In this document: positions 34,500 through 47,927 of the stretch, piece after piece
Numbering within the stretch: position 1 is the first letter of the stretch
Layout of the letters: each line of letters begins with the position of its first letter
NCBI RefSeq assembly: GCF_964213995.1
Contig: NC_135812.1
Span: 28,334,001-28,398,000, forward strand
DNA from: Mustelus asterias
Lineage: Eukaryota
Reading direction: 5' to 3'
DNA: 64,000 nucleotides
Position numbers and translations under genes: made by a program
Notes under the pieces: model-generated
Seen by the model: only the letters and a program-made list of their open reading frames with translations
What the model was told of the DNA's origin: nothing
Database searches by the model: none

Positions 34500-35010
34500 A
34501 TCCCAAGTTATTCTAAATTCCCTCTGACATTTGTCCTATCTATGTTGTTGCTACTTACATGGACTGGATCCTCTCTCCCCCTCCCACTGTATGTTCCTCT
34601 CCAGCCCTGAGCAGATGTCCTGAACCCTGGAACTGGGCAGGCAACACAGCGTTCTGAACATTCGCTCTTTGCTGCAGAGAACAGTATCAATCCCCCTCAC
34701 TATTCTATCCCTTACTACCACTACATTCCCTTTTGCTCCCCTCACTTGAATGGCTTCCTGTACCCATGGTGCCATGATCAGTCTGGTTATCAACCCTAAA
34801 GATCTTGCTTCCATCCACACAGGCTGTGAGCACCTCAAACCTGTTTGACAATTGCAAACTCTGAGGCTCCTCCACTAATGTCTGCTCAGTCTGCCTCACT
34901 TACGATCACATCCTCTTGCCATTCACCAATGACCAAAACAGACAAACCTATTCTATGAGGTGTGATCATCTTCTGGTACAAAGTGTCCAAATATTTCTCA
35001 CACTCCTTGA
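34500..35010 (-). mobile_element. CR1 ORF1 (esterase-like) fragment
   Basis: LSNRFEVL and VVVRDRIVRGID..CCLPSSRVQDI remnants. Confidence 0.7.
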
Positions 35011-35272
35011 TGTTGGGCCATGAATTTGGAGAATAGTGAACCAGGCTTGTGGAGCCGAATGGTCTTCTATTTCCCTGTTTACTCAAATGACCTGCAGTAC
35101 TATAGTTCCATGATCAGTTTTCTGACCTCCCTGCAGACTCCACACTTATCCACGTAGGCAGTAAGAACACAAACTCTTTTGAACAAGGACAATAGCCAAA
35201 ACTCCTTCAACAGTACACGTGCAGTTCCCCCATGTCCCTGATGTCCTATGTCTCTATGTCAATCACACCCTT

Positions 35273-37190
35273 CATAGAACCATAGAAAATTACAGCTCAG
35301 AAACAGGCCTTTTGGCCCTTCTTGTCTGTGCCGAACCATTTTATGCCTAGTCCCACTGACCTGCACTTGGACCATATCCCTCCACACCCCTCTCATCCAT
35401 GAACCCGTCCACGTTTTTCTTAAATGTTAAAAGTGACCCCGCATTTACCACTTTATCCGACAGCTCATTCCACACTCTCACCACTCTCTGCGTGAAGAAG
35501 CCCCCCCTAATATTCCCTTTAAACTTTTCTCCTTTCACCCTTAACCCATGCCCTCTGGTTTTTTTCTCCCCTAGCCTCAGCAGAAAAAGCCTGCTCGGAT
35601 TCACTCTATCTATACCCATCAAAATCTTATACACCTCTATCAAATCTCCCCTCAGTCTTCTACGCTCCAGGGAATAAAGTCCCAACCTATTCAATCTCTC
35701 TCTGTAACTCAGCTTCTCAAGTCCCGGCAACATCCTTGTGAACCTTCTCTGCACTCTTTCAATCTTATTTACATCCTTCCTGTAACTAGGTGACCAAAAC
35801 TGTACACAATACTCCAAATTCGGCCTCACCAATGCCTTATATAACCTTACCATAACACTCCAACTTTTATACTCGATACTCCGATTTATAAAGGCCAATG
35901 TACCAAAGGCACTCTTTACGACCCTATCCACCTGTGATGTCACTTTTAGGGAATTCTGTACCTGTATTCCCAGATCCCTCTGTTCAACTGCACTCTTCAG
36001 AGTCCTACCATTTACCCTGTATGGTCTTCTTTGGTTTGTCCTTCCAAAGTGCAATATCTCACACTTGTCTGCGTTAAATTCCATTTGCCATTTTTCAGCC
36101 CATTTTTCTAGTTGGTCCAAATCCCTCTGCAAGCTTTGAAAACCTTCCTCACTGTCCACTACACCTCCAATCTTTGTATCATCAGCAAACTTGCTGATCC
36201 AATTTACCACATTATCATCCAGATCATTGATATAGATGACAAACAACAATGGACCCAACACCGATCCCTGCGGCACACCAATAGTCACAGGCCTCCACTC
36301 AGAGAAGCAATCCTCCACAACCACTCTCTGGCTTCTTCCATTGAGCCAGTGTCTTATCCAATTTACTACCTCCCCATGTATACGTAGCGACTGAACCTTC
36401 CTAACTAACCTCCCATGAGGGACCTTGTCAAAGGCCTTGCTGAAATCCAGGTAGACAACATCCACCGCCTTCCCTTCATCCACTTTCCTGGTAACCTCCT
36501 CGAAAAACTCTAATAGATTGGTCAAACATGACCTACCACGCACAAAGCCATGTTGACTCTCCCTAATAAGTCCCAAATATTTGTAGATCCTATCCCTTAT
36601 CACACCTTCCAATAACTTGCCCACCACCGACGTCAAACTTACTGGCCGATAATTTCCCGGATTTCTTTTGGAACCTTTTTTAAACAACAGAACAACATAA
36701 GCCACCCTCCAATCATCCGGCACCTCCCCCGTGAATACTGACATTTTAAATATGTCTGCCAGGGCCCCTGCAAGTTCAACACTAGCTTCCCTCAAGGTCC
36801 GTGGGAATACCCTGTCCGGTCCTGGGGATTTATCAACTCTGATTTGCCTCAAGACAGCGAGCACCTCCTCCCCTTTAATCTGTAAAGGTTCCATGGCCTC
36901 CCTACCAGTTTGCCCTATTTCCGTAGACTCCATGCCCGTTTCCTCAGTAAATATGGATGCAAAAAAACCATTTAGTATCTCCCCCATCTCTTTTGGTTCC
37001 ATACACAGTGTACCACTCTGGTCTTCAAGAGGACCAATTTTATCCCTCACTATCCTTTTGCTCCTAACATACCTATAGAAGCTCTTTGGATTTTCCTTCA
37101 CTCTGTCTGCCAAAGCAACCTCATGTCTTCTTTTAGCCCTCCTGATTTCCCTCTTAAGTAGCTTCTTGCACTTTTTATACTCCTCGAGCA
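35273..37190 (-). mobile_element. Young 5'-truncated CR1 LINE with an uninterrupted RT ORF of about 610 aa
   Basis: ORF 35347..37206 with PQGSVLGP and FADD; TTCTATGG-type 3' tail. Confidence 0.96.
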
Positions 37191-37507
37191 ATCTCCTTCC
37201 TGACAACTAATCAGGCATGTACCACTTCCTAACCTAATGGGTGTGACTGTTCCTGGATCAAAGTATCCAGGTAACTCTCCTTATCCTGATGCCCTCCGAT
37301 ATCTGAACTTGGGCTCCAGTCCAACAACTAAGCTGAGTTTTCTTGTATGCAGACACTTACTAGTTGTGGTTGTCTTGGATCACAATGCTTTTCACAAGCC
37401 TCCACATGCTACTCTGCATTTATTTAATTAAATAAATCCTATGAGTATAATCAACTTAATTTATAGACTTTTTCATAATGAATTGATTTCATTTAAGTTA
37501 AAGATAG

Positions 37508-37770
37508 ATGGCACAGTGATTATTAGTGCTGCTGTCTCATTGCTCCAGAGACCCAGGTTCAATTCTGGCCTCAGGTCACTATCTGAGTAGAATCTGCATG
37601 TTCTCCCCATGTCTGCATGGGTTTGCTCCCACAGTCCAAAGATATGCAGGTTAGGTTGATCGACCATGCTAAATTGCCTCTAAGTGTCAGGGGGACTAGC
37701 AAGGTGAATGTGTGGGGTTATAGGGATAAGGCCTGGGTGGGATTGTTGTCAGTGAAGGCTCGATGGCCAA
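37508..37770 (+). mobile_element. HE1-like SINE (diverged)
   Basis: Head and core recognisable. Confidence 0.8.
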
Positions 37771-38204
37771 ATGTGCCACTGCCAGTTTCTGTTAAGCATT
37801 GGCTAACTTGCAGTTTCTTATACAGTTTTTAAATTCCTAAGTTGAATTTAAAACGTTAAACTAAACTTCAGTTTGAGGCAACTCAGTCATGACTGACCAG
37901 AGAGTTCCACTCTCACCAAGTTCTCACCTTTTACACTCCATTTATAAAAATCTCCATTTTGGGCCTCTTTCTGTAGACCGTTCCCTCTATGCTGTGTGGT
38001 GAAGTTGACCATCAAAGTGGCAAGAGAGCCAAAATGCAAATTGATTCAGAGCAACAGTTCCTCTCCCAGGGGTGAAGTGTTTGAATCTTGACAAGGATTG
38101 AAGGTTGTTTATTGAGTTGGAGTTGCTGGTTCCCTCCTCTGACATTGTCAGAACATCTGAGTTAGTTTCTGAAAGGAACACAGCCGAGAATGGAGAAGTG
38201 GAAG

Positions 38205-39259
38205 AGGCAATTAATTTAAAAATTCTAAGTGCTGAATTGGTGGGAAAAATTGTGTAATTCACGATTTTCTTCAGTGGGAGTTCAGACTCGAATCTCCCAC
38301 ACTTTGTGCAATGCAGAGGTCACAATCGCGAATATCATTAAAAGCTCAGGGGGGGCGGGGCCTATTCACGCATGCGCAGTGGCTCCGAACTGTCAGACTA
38401 TATCGTTTGCTGGCCAGCTCGATCGCTGGCCAGTCCAGTATCCTCGCCCCTCCAGCTCCCCCCAAGGCCCGATCGCAGCCCCTCGTCCACTCGCGGGCCA
38501 GCCCTGACCCTTCTTCCATCCCAGAGCACCACAATCTCCAGTCCCCCCCTCTCCCAGCAGTGATGATCCCCCCCCCCCCCCCCGACTCTCCCCCAGGAGG
38601 CAGACCCCCCTTGGCAGATCACATCCCGATCGCTGGCCTCCCTCCATCCCAGACCGATCCCCATGCAGAGTGGTAGTGGGACCCACCACCCTCACCAATC
38701 ACCCTAGGCCCTGCCCACAATAGGCCCTGCCTCAAGACCCCGCCCAAGGTCCCACCCATGATAGGCCCTGCCCCTTGGCACCACCCCCTTAGCACCACCT
38801 GATGCCCAGTGGACATGGGCACTTTTCCCCTTGGCAGTGCCAAGGGGCACAGGCTGGCATTATCAGGGTGCCCAGACCCAGGGGGCACCACACCGCAGCC
38901 GCCTGACCCCCAGGGGGCCACGATTGCCATCCCCTTCACTCCGGCGAGGTCTCCCGCTAGTTCCCCACAAGTGGGGATCTACTCTAAACCCCGCTGGAGT
39001 GAAATACTCCTGGCGGGGTGGGAGATGCTATCGGGCTTGGAGAATTCTGTGCCAGGCTCGATAATGACATTTAAATAAGATTAAAAATAGATTTAAATCA
39101 CGTTCCTCTCTTCCCGCCAGTTTTTAGCGCCTGCTCTCCAGCTGTGGGAGACGCGCATGTGTTGGGAACGCATGCACGAATCCCGCAAAATGGCCAACAC
39201 GCACATCTCCCAACCCAATGCGCCAAAAAACGTGTGCGTCGGGATGGGAGAACGGGCCC
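38205..39259. mobile_element. Related non-autonomous Harbinger-like element (left end degraded)
   Basis: Shares ATTCTAAGTGCTGAAT, GCATGCGCAG, AGAGTGG.AG.GG and ATTTAAAT motifs with 444-1733; ends in GGGCCC. Confidence 0.5.
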
Positions 39260-39782
39260 ATTGTTTCTTGTGCGCTATACAGACAAAGCATATTGTACAT
39301 AGGAAACTAAAGGAGACGGTGCAGAATGTAGTGTTATAGTCATAGCCAGGGTGTAGAGAAAGATCATATGAGGTAGGTACACCTTAAAAGTCTGAGGGCA
39401 GCAGGGAAGAAGTTTTTCTTGAGTCGGTTGGTGTGTGATCTCAGACTTTTGTATCTTTTTCCTGACGGAAGAAGGTGGAAGAGTGTTTGTCCTGGGTGCG
39501 TGGGGTCCTTAATTATGCTGGCTGCTTTTCTGAGGCAGCGGGAAGTGTAGACAGAGTCAATGGGTGGGAGGCGGTTTGCGTGATGGACTGGGCTTCATTC
39601 ACAATCCTTTGTAGTTTCTTGCAGCCTTGGACAGCAATGTCAAGCTGTGATACAACCAGACAGGATGCTTTCTATAGTGCATCTGTATAAGTTGGTAAGA
39701 GTTGTAGTGGACATGCCAAATTTCCTTAGTCTCTTGAGAAAGTAGCGGCGTTGGTGGGCTTTCTTAACTATAGCATCGGCGT
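39260..39782 (-). mobile_element. Rex1/Babar-type 3' part
   Basis: Reverse-strand match to 54640-55170. Confidence 0.82.
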
Positions 39783-40039
39783 TAACAAATTAACAATGCA
39801 AGAAAGATTACAGTGATAGTAAGTAACGAGGAAGCAGAGACAAACCAAGAAACCCAAGTAAATATGTCCCAAAACAGTAACCCATCTTTGCTTTAGTACT
39901 GACCACTCTCTTCCAGCCTCACTGTCTAGTGCATTGGCTCTAATCCAAGGCCATTCTCATTAACATGAAAACATAGTATGTTTTTAAAAATCTTAACCAT
40001 TGAATTTTGCCAATAAAACATGTTCCCATTAAGCAACCT

Positions 40040-42510
40040 GCATATTGATTGGCTGACTCAAGTTGGAAGGGGTGGGATGGAGGAAGAGTTCTTAGAATGC
40101 TGTCGGGATAGTTACCTTGAACAGTATGTTACAGAACCGACGAGGGAACGAGTTATCTTAGATCTGGTAATGTGTAATGAGGTAGGTAGAGTTAAGGATG
40201 TTCTTGTGAAGGACCCTCTTGGGTCAAGTGATCACAATATGGTCGAATTTCTGATACAAATGGAAGAGGAGAAAGTAGGGTCCCATACCACTGTCCTCTG
40301 TTTGAACAGAGGGAAGTACGATAGGATGAGGGCTGAATTGGCTAAGGTGGACTGGGAGAGCAGACTGGTAGGTAGGACAGCTGAGGAACAGTGGAGGATT
40401 TTTAAGGAGATCCCTTTCAGTACTCAGCAACAATATATTCCGGTGATAAAGAAGGGTTGTAAGAAAAGGGATAACCAGCCGTGGATAACGAAGGAAATTA
40501 AGGAGAGTATTAAATTAAAGACCGATGCGTACAGAGTGGCCAAAAATAGTGGAGAATCGGAAGATTGGGAAAACTTTAAGAAACAACAAAGAACGACTAA
40601 GAAAGCGATAAAGAAAGGAAAGATAGGTTATGAAGCTAGGCTAGCTCTAAATATAAAAAATGATAGTAAAAGCTTTTACAAATATATAAAAAGGAATAGA
40701 GTGGCAAGAGTGAATGTTGGACCCTTGGAGGACGAGAGGGGGGATTTAATAGTGTGAAATGAGGAAATGGCTGAAACTTTAAATAAATTTTTTGTGTCGG
40801 TCTTCACGGTGGAAGACACAATTAGTTTACCGAATATTAACGATAGAGGGTTGGTAGGAGGAGAGGTACTCGATACAATTAATGTTACCAGGGAGGCAGT
40901 GCTTGGTAGACTGACGGGACTGAAGGTGGACAAGTCCCCGGGCCCAGATGGAATGCATCCCAGGGTACTGAAAGAAATGTCAGAGGTAATAGCGGATGCG
41001 TTAGTGGTTATTTATTAAAATTCGTTGGATTCTGGGGTAGTGCCGGCGGATTGGAAAACGGCTAATGTTACGCCGCTGTTTAAAAAAGGAAATAGACAAA
41101 AGGCGGGTAACTACAGGCTGGTTAGCTTAACGTCTGTAGTTGGGAAAATGCTGGAATCCATCATTTAAAGAAGAGCAGGCCATCTGGATAAGAATGGTTC
41201 GATTAAGCAGACGCAGCATGGATTCATGAGGGGAAAGTCGTGCTTGACGAACTTGTTGGATTTTTATGAAGATGTGACTAGTGCGGTTGATGGAGGGGAA
41301 CCGGTGGATGCGGTGTTTTTGGATTTCCAAAAGGCGTTTGATAAAATGCCTCACAAAAGGTTGCTGAAGAAGATTGGGTCACACGGAGTTGGGGTTAGGG
41401 TGTTAGCGTGGATTGGGGATTGGCTATCCGACAGGAAGCAGAGAGTCGGAATAAATGGGTGCTTTTCTGGTTGGCAGATGGTAACTAGTGGCGTGCCGCA
41501 GGGATCGGTACTGGGGCCTCAACTATTTACCATTTATATAGACGATCTGGAGGAGGGGACTGAGTGTAGGGTAACAAAGTTTGCAGACGACACAAAGATA
41601 AGTGGAAAAGTGAATCGTGTGGAGGGCGTAGAAGGTCTGCAGAGAGATTTGGACAGGCTGAGTGAGTGGGCGAGGATCTGGCAGATGGAGTATAACGTTG
41701 ACAAATGTGAGGTTATTCACTTTGGAAGAAATAATAGCAAATTGGATTATTATCTAAATGGAAAGAAATTACAACATGCTGCTGTGCAGAGGGACCTGGG
41801 GGTCCTTGTGCATGAGATGCAAAAACCCAGTCTGCAGGTGCAACAGGTGATCAAGAAGGCAAATGGGATGTTGGCCTATATCGCAAGGGGGATAGAATAT
41901 AAAAGCAGAGATGTCTTGCTGCATCTGTACAGGGCATTGGTGAGGCCGCAGCTGGAATACTGTGTGCAGTATTGGTCCCTTTATTTGCAGAAGGATATAT
42001 TGGCCTTGGAGGGAGTGCAGAGAAGGTTCACCAGGTTGATACCAGAGATGAGGGGTGTTGATTATGAGGAGAGACTGAGCAGATTGGGTTTGTATTCATT
42101 GGAATTTAGAAGGCTGAGGGGGGATCTTATAGAGACCTATAAGATAATGAAGGGGCTGGATAGGGTAGAGGTGGAGAGATTCTTTCCACTTAGAAAGGAA
42201 ACGAGAACTAGAGGGCACAGCCTCAAAATAAAGGGGGGTCAGTTTAGGACAGAGTTGAGGAGGAACTTCTTCTCTCAGAGGGTGGTGAATCTCTGGAATT
42301 CTCTGCCCACTGAAGTGGTGGAGGCTACCTCGTTGAATATGTTTAAATCATGGATAGATGGATTCCTGATCGGTAAGGGAATTAGGGGTTATAGGGATCA
42401 GGCGGGTAAGTGGAACTGATCCACTTCAGATCAGCCATGATCTTATTGAATGGCGGGGCAGGCTCGAGGGGCTAGATGGCCTACTCCTGCTCCTATTTCT
42501 TATGTTCTTA
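40040..42510 (+). mobile_element. CR1 LINE (endonuclease C-terminus and RT), few disablements
   Basis: ORFs 40020..40757, 40767..41018 and 41226..42419 (FADD); TCTTATGTTCTTA tail. Confidence 0.95.
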
Positions 42511-43599
42511 AATGACATTTTCAGCATAATATTTAATGATCACATCTTGATTCCAAAACATCTTTATCTCACAAAATTCTATTTACGCTTTATCTATAAA
42601 CTGTTTTGGAGTTGGCGTAACATTTGCAACTCTTTAACAATGTTTGAGAGGTTGCTATTTGATTTAACTAATTGCTAAATATTTTAGTTGCCAAATGTCT
42701 ATAATAACTGAGAACACTTAAATCCCTTTTATGTAATCTTTGTTCCAAAGCATGAACACATTGATTCGATTTTTCAAGTGTTATTTTTTTAATGATAAAA
42801 GCAGCTGCATTAAATGTGCCATGTCATCTTTGAACCTTTAATCAAATATCCATAATTTGGGGAGAATTTTTAAATGTAGGGCAGTGGAAGTCATTGAAAA
42901 ACAAATAGTTTTATGACGGTTTTCCTTAGTAACATCGTGTTATCGTGTTGCCTTTGATGAGTAATTTCCTGAAAGCTAATGGCATCATGTGGCTTTATCT
43001 AAAGATGAAAAATGTTTTACAGATGTGACCTAGCTCTAAATTAGTATGCAAATTTTGTTTTGCTGATCTGTCTTCACTGTATTTAAGTTGCAACGGCTGA
43101 TTTTTGATCAAGGTGCTGTCTGCATATAGAACGCCGTGTGTATTTGGGCTGCATATTTATATAAGGACCTTTGCTTTTCTCTTTTCTTTCCAGTAAAATT
43201 GTGATGTGTACTTAATTAACATTCAAATAAACATAACATCTACAAAGGACATGAATGCCTAACCTTCACTCATCATTGGAAATGATATAATGTTGTGTAA
43301 GTTGTGCATCCTAGTTATTAATGTAATGTTAGGGACCACCGCCCTCCTCCCAAATTAAAAGTTCAGATTTTGACTCAGTAAGGTGATTTTCAAGTTACTG
43401 AACTGTGAAGGGGGCCTGAAGCATCTCTCTCTTTTTTTTACAGACAATCAGAGTTATTTGCCACCCATAAGTATGATTAATTTCAATGAATCCTCTTTTA
43501 AAATAAAATATCTCCTTTAGAAAACTTTGGAACATGGGAGTTGTTTGACCATGATGTATACTTTAATGTCAATAAGGAATTTTTAAGAGAGAATTTTGT

Positions 43600-45100
43600 G
43601 AGAGTTATGGCCCTTTGCATCAAGACAGCATTTGATTAAGTGTGGTATGAAGAAGCCCTAGCCAAACTGGAGATAGTGGAAACTGGGGGAATCATACCCG
43701 GCACAAAGGAAGATAGTTGCGGTTGTTGGAGGTCAATCATCTCAGTACCAGGACATCACTGCAGGGGTTCCTCAGGGTAATGTCCTAGGCTCAACCGTCT
43801 TCAACTGCTTCATCAATGGCTTTCCTTCCATCATAAGGTCAAAAGTGAGGATGTTCACAGATGATTGCACAATATTCAGCATTGCCTGCGACTTCTCATA
43901 GAAGAAACCCTACAGTACAGAAAGAGGCCATTCGGCCCATCGAGTCTGCACCGACCACAATCCCACCCAGGCCCTACCCCCATATCCCTACATATTTTAC
44001 CTGCTAATCCCTCTAATCTACGCATCCCAGGACACTAAGGGGCAATTTTAGCATGGCCAATCAACCTAACCCGCACATCTTTTGGACTGTGGGAGGAAAC
44101 CGGAGCACCCGGAGGAAACCCACGCAGACACGAGGAGAATGTGCAAACTCCACACAGACAGTGACCCAAGCCGGGAATCGAACCCAGGTCCCTGGAGCTG
44201 TGAAGCAGCAGTGCTAACCACTGTGCTACCGTGCCGCCCTTCTCAGATACTGAAGCAGCCCATGTCCAAATGCAACAAGACCTGGACAATATTCAGGATT
44301 GAGCTGACAAATGGCAAGTAAGACTCATGCCGTACAAATGCTAGGCAATGACCATCTTCAACAAGAGATAATTTAACCGTCACCCCTTGACATTCAATGG
44401 CATTCCCATTGCTGACTCACCTGTTATCAACATCCCAGGGGTTACCATTGACCAGAAACAGAACTGGGCTAGCCATCTAAATGCTGTGGCTACAAGAGCA
44501 GCTCAGAGACTAGGAATCCTGCAGTGGATAACTCACCCACAGACTCCTGAAAGCCTGTCCACAATTGGCAAGGCACAAGGCAGGAGTGTAATAGAATACT
44601 CTCCACTCGCCTGGATAGGTGCAACTCCAACAATACTCAAGAAGCTTGACGTCATCCAGGACAAAGCAGCCTCGCTTGATTGCCATCTCATCCACAAACA
44701 TCCATTCCCTCCGCCACCGATGCTCAGTAGCAGCAGTGTGTACTTTTTACAAATGCACTGCAGGAACTCACAAAGACTTCTTAGACAGCAGCTTCCAAAC
44801 CCATGACCACCACTGTCTAGAAGACCATGAGCAGAAAATGCATGGGAACCCACTAACTGGAGGTTCCCACTCAAGCCACACATCGTCCTGACTTGGAAAC
44901 ATATCACTGTTCCTTCACTGTTGCTGGGTCAAAATCCTGGAACTCCCTCCTAACAGTACACATGGCTGTATCTCCACCACATGGATTGCGGTGGTTCAAG
45001 AAGGCAGCTCATGACCACCTCCTCAATGGCAATTACAGATAGACAATAAATGCTGGCCTAGCCAGCAATGCCCACAGCTCACAAATGAATAAAACAAAAT
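43600..45100 (+). mobile_element. Older CR1/L2-group LINE 3' part (tail AAATGCTGGCCTAGCCAGC...GAATAAAA), interrupted by a SINE
   Basis: ORF 44387..44806 (GVTIDQK..IEYSPLAW..LDVIQDKA). Confidence 0.85.
43899..44238 (-). mobile_element. HE1-like tRNA-derived V-SINE with TSD CTTCTCA
   Basis: A/B-box head (GCACAGTGGTTAGC..GGTTCGATTCCC), V core GGGTTTCCTCCGGGTGCTCCGGTTTCCTCCCAC, CR1-like tail; TSD at 43892-43898 and 44239-44245. Confidence 0.92.
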
Positions 45101-45805
45101 TCAGCTGTCAGTTTGCTACTTGTCACCATGTTAACCTCTAATTTCACCCACGGACCAAACATATACTGAAATGTTCAAAAAGGACTTTTTAAAGACAGGA
45201 AAAGACAGTGATGTCAGGAAAATAAGAGTTTTAAGATTCTTTCTTTTGTAATTATCACTGCCATATTCTCATATACTGGAAACAAGCGTGTGGGAGTGTG
45301 ACTGCTTTAATTGGATCAGAGACAGAAAGACTACAAAAGTCAAATAACAATGAGAAGGGTGTGAAGACAGTTGGTTTGATATGGTGATGAACTGAGGAAC
45401 CAGGAGAAATTGAATAAAAATTTACATAAGGCAACAAAAGATGTGGCTTGAAGATGGCTGTTGTATTTCAAAGGGGAACATATGCAAATTGGAAACTTGT
45501 TGGTAGATGATGCAAAGATAGTGTAAGTTTACTTTAAAAATATAATATCCATTAAGTTAAAATGGGGAGTTGATCAATTCTGAGAAAAGGGAACTTTTAA
45601 AGGATTATAGGAAACAATAGATTTAATAAACCAATGAAAACTGTTTGTGGGTGGCAGGTGATGAGATCTTAAAGAAGACACGGTCGTAACTGACTAGATT
45701 TGAAAGATGTATTGTGGAAAAGGCTCATACCTGGAGAACAAGTTTGCTGTCACCCTCAGAGACCAAGATTTAAAATCCCTTGATTGGCTTGGAATTGGTG
45801 AATTT

Positions 45806-46052
45806 AAAGTTTGTGTGGAGTTTGTACATTCTCTCCATGTCTGCATGTGGTTTCCTTTGGGTGCTCCGGTTTCCTCCCACAATCCAAAGATGTGCTGGTT
45901 AGGTTGATTAGCCATGCTAAATTGCCCCTTAGTGTCAGGGGGGGATTAGCAGGGTAAATAAGTGGGGTTATGGGGATAGGGCCTGTTGGGATTGTCATTG
46001 GTGCATGCTCAATGGGCCAAATGGCCTCCTTCTGCACTGTCAGGAATCTATG
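45806..46052 (+). mobile_element. HE1-like SINE, 5'-truncated
   Basis: Core and tail present. Confidence 0.82.
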
Positions 46053-46119
46053 AAGAGTGAGGAGAATACGGAACTCAGGAGTGGTATTGTGAGATACCAC
46101 TCACAAGTGGGAGACTACA

Positions 46120-47000
46120 AAATGGCTTTGGCAATTGCTGAGACTTTTCTGGGTGTAGAATATATAACTGTGGGTGGTTTACAAAAGATGAATAAAGGTA
46201 AGTTAACTGAATTGATGCATAATTAGAATTATCTGCAGGGGTAAGGAAATCAGACATAACTGAAGGAATAGCACAGCATTTGAAGTTGGAAGAAATACCC
46301 TACAGATCCAATTCCACAAAGGGTGAGGCACTTGAATCAACTAAGATTCAGTTACAAATGAAAAAAAAATTGAATTTGAAGAAGAAAGAAAACAAAGAGG
46401 AAGAGACGATAGAGACAGAGATAGAGAAAGGGAGGAAAGAGACTAAGCATTTTAGAGAGAACAGTCAGAAAGGGCAGAAGAAAAGGCAAGAGACCGAGAC
46501 AAAAGAAGACAGGAAAGGGAACTGGAGCAGGTTAAGTTAGAAAAAGAAGAACAAGAAAAGAAGAGAGACAAATAATTCCAGCTTAAAAGGACGATAATTA
46601 AAGGAGAGGTACCAGAAGGTCGAGAGGAACTTATTTCTAGATCAGAACCCAGTGGAGAGATGTTTAAATTTGTACAATCTCTTCTAAAGGGAGGAGATGT
46701 GGAAGCATCCTTTATCTCATTTGATAAGATAGCTAAACAGGTAAAATGGCCAAATGAAATCTGGACATTGCTCCTACAGAGTAAATTGGTAGGTAGAACT
46801 CATGAGGTATGTGCATCACTGTCAGAAGGAGTATCTGGGAATACAATACTGTAAGAAAGGCTGTTCCGAGTGCATGTGAGTTGGTTCTGGAGGTGTATAG
46901 ACAGCAATTTTGAAATGTAAGAAAACAGCCTGGACAGACTTATATTGAGTTTAATAGAGTGAAACAAAGTAATATCACTGGTGGAAAGGGCACTAAAAAT
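46120..47000 (+). mobile_element. Decayed Gypsy-type gag
   Basis: K/E-rich coiled coil, then DVEASFISFDKIAKQVKWPNEIWTLLLQSKLVGR, which resembles vertebrate Gypsy gag; several stops and frameshifts. Confidence 0.7.
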
Positions 47001-47437
47001 AGAGGTAACTAATAGAGGAGTAGACCAGAATTGCAGCACTCAAATTAATTTATTAAGTACACAAATTTGCCAATGCAATTCCCATTACAACAGTGATTTG
47101 AAAAATGAGTATAATAATCACAATGAGTTTTGAAATGCACAGTGAAAATCTATATAGTTCTCAAGATTAATATCGTCAAGCACCAATTGATCTTTAACTA
47201 ATAGAACATAATGGCATCTAATAGTTGATATGGAAACAGGGGTTTGGTAACAACAAACTGCTAGTGCTCTGAATTACAGCATAACAGAGAAGAGAAAACA
47301 GCCAGACAAGTTAATTCAACCGATTGAATATCAAATATTGGGTAAAGACTGCAAAATCTTCACCACGGATAATTCAGCTATGCCTAGTGCATTTTGGTTG
47401 CAAAGTGCAAACTGCTTTGTACAAGAGACTAGAGCTG

Positions 47438-47797
47438 CCATATACCAATCACTGACAGTATAACCATGTACCAATCACTCACACTATAACCATATACCAA
47501 TCACTCAACTAAAAAAAAATCTGGAATTCAGAATCTGCTGGTGACCATGAAACCATTGTCGATTGTCAGAAAAACCCATCTGGTTCACTAATCTCCTTTA
47601 GGGAATGGAAATCTGCTGTCCTTATCTGGTCTGGCCTACATGTGACTCCAGACCCATAGCAGTGTGGTTGACTCTCAACTGCCTGCCCAGGGTAACTAGG
47701 GATGGGCTATAAATGCTGGCTAGCCAGCGACGCCCATGTCCCACGAATGAATAAAAGAAAATTCACACTTATACCAATATACCAATCACTGACTGTA
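47438..47797. repeat. 26-bp tandem repeat (CCATATACCAATCACTGACAGTATAA) split by the SINE
   Basis: About three units at 47438-47507 and one further unit at about 47772-47797. Confidence 0.75.
47511..47760 (+). mobile_element. 5'-truncated SINE sharing its 3' tail with the LINE at 43600-45100
   Basis: Ends AAATGCTGGCTAGCCAGCGACGCCCATGTCCCACGAATGAATAAAA. Confidence 0.7.
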
Positions 47798-47927
47798 CAA
47801 TTTTCAGATACAATCCTTCACCCATGTATACTCTCATGTCAGACGTTCCTGGATAATTTTTGACCATTGAGAAATGTCCTTCACTTCAGGTAGATTGCAG
47901 ACAGGATAAACTAGGAGCGAAGTTATA

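Noticed and set aside
35347-37206. 619-aa RT ORF as a host or domesticated gene
   Set aside because: A 5'-truncated CR1 with a typical tail and a near-identical second copy in the window; the open frame reflects recent insertion.
44160-44238. tRNA-like A/B boxes here and in the other SINE heads
   Set aside because: These are SINE heads followed by the V core and tail, not tRNA genes.
46280-46540. K/E-rich ORF as an exon of a host gene
   Set aside because: It lies within a colinear, disabled Gypsy gag relic.
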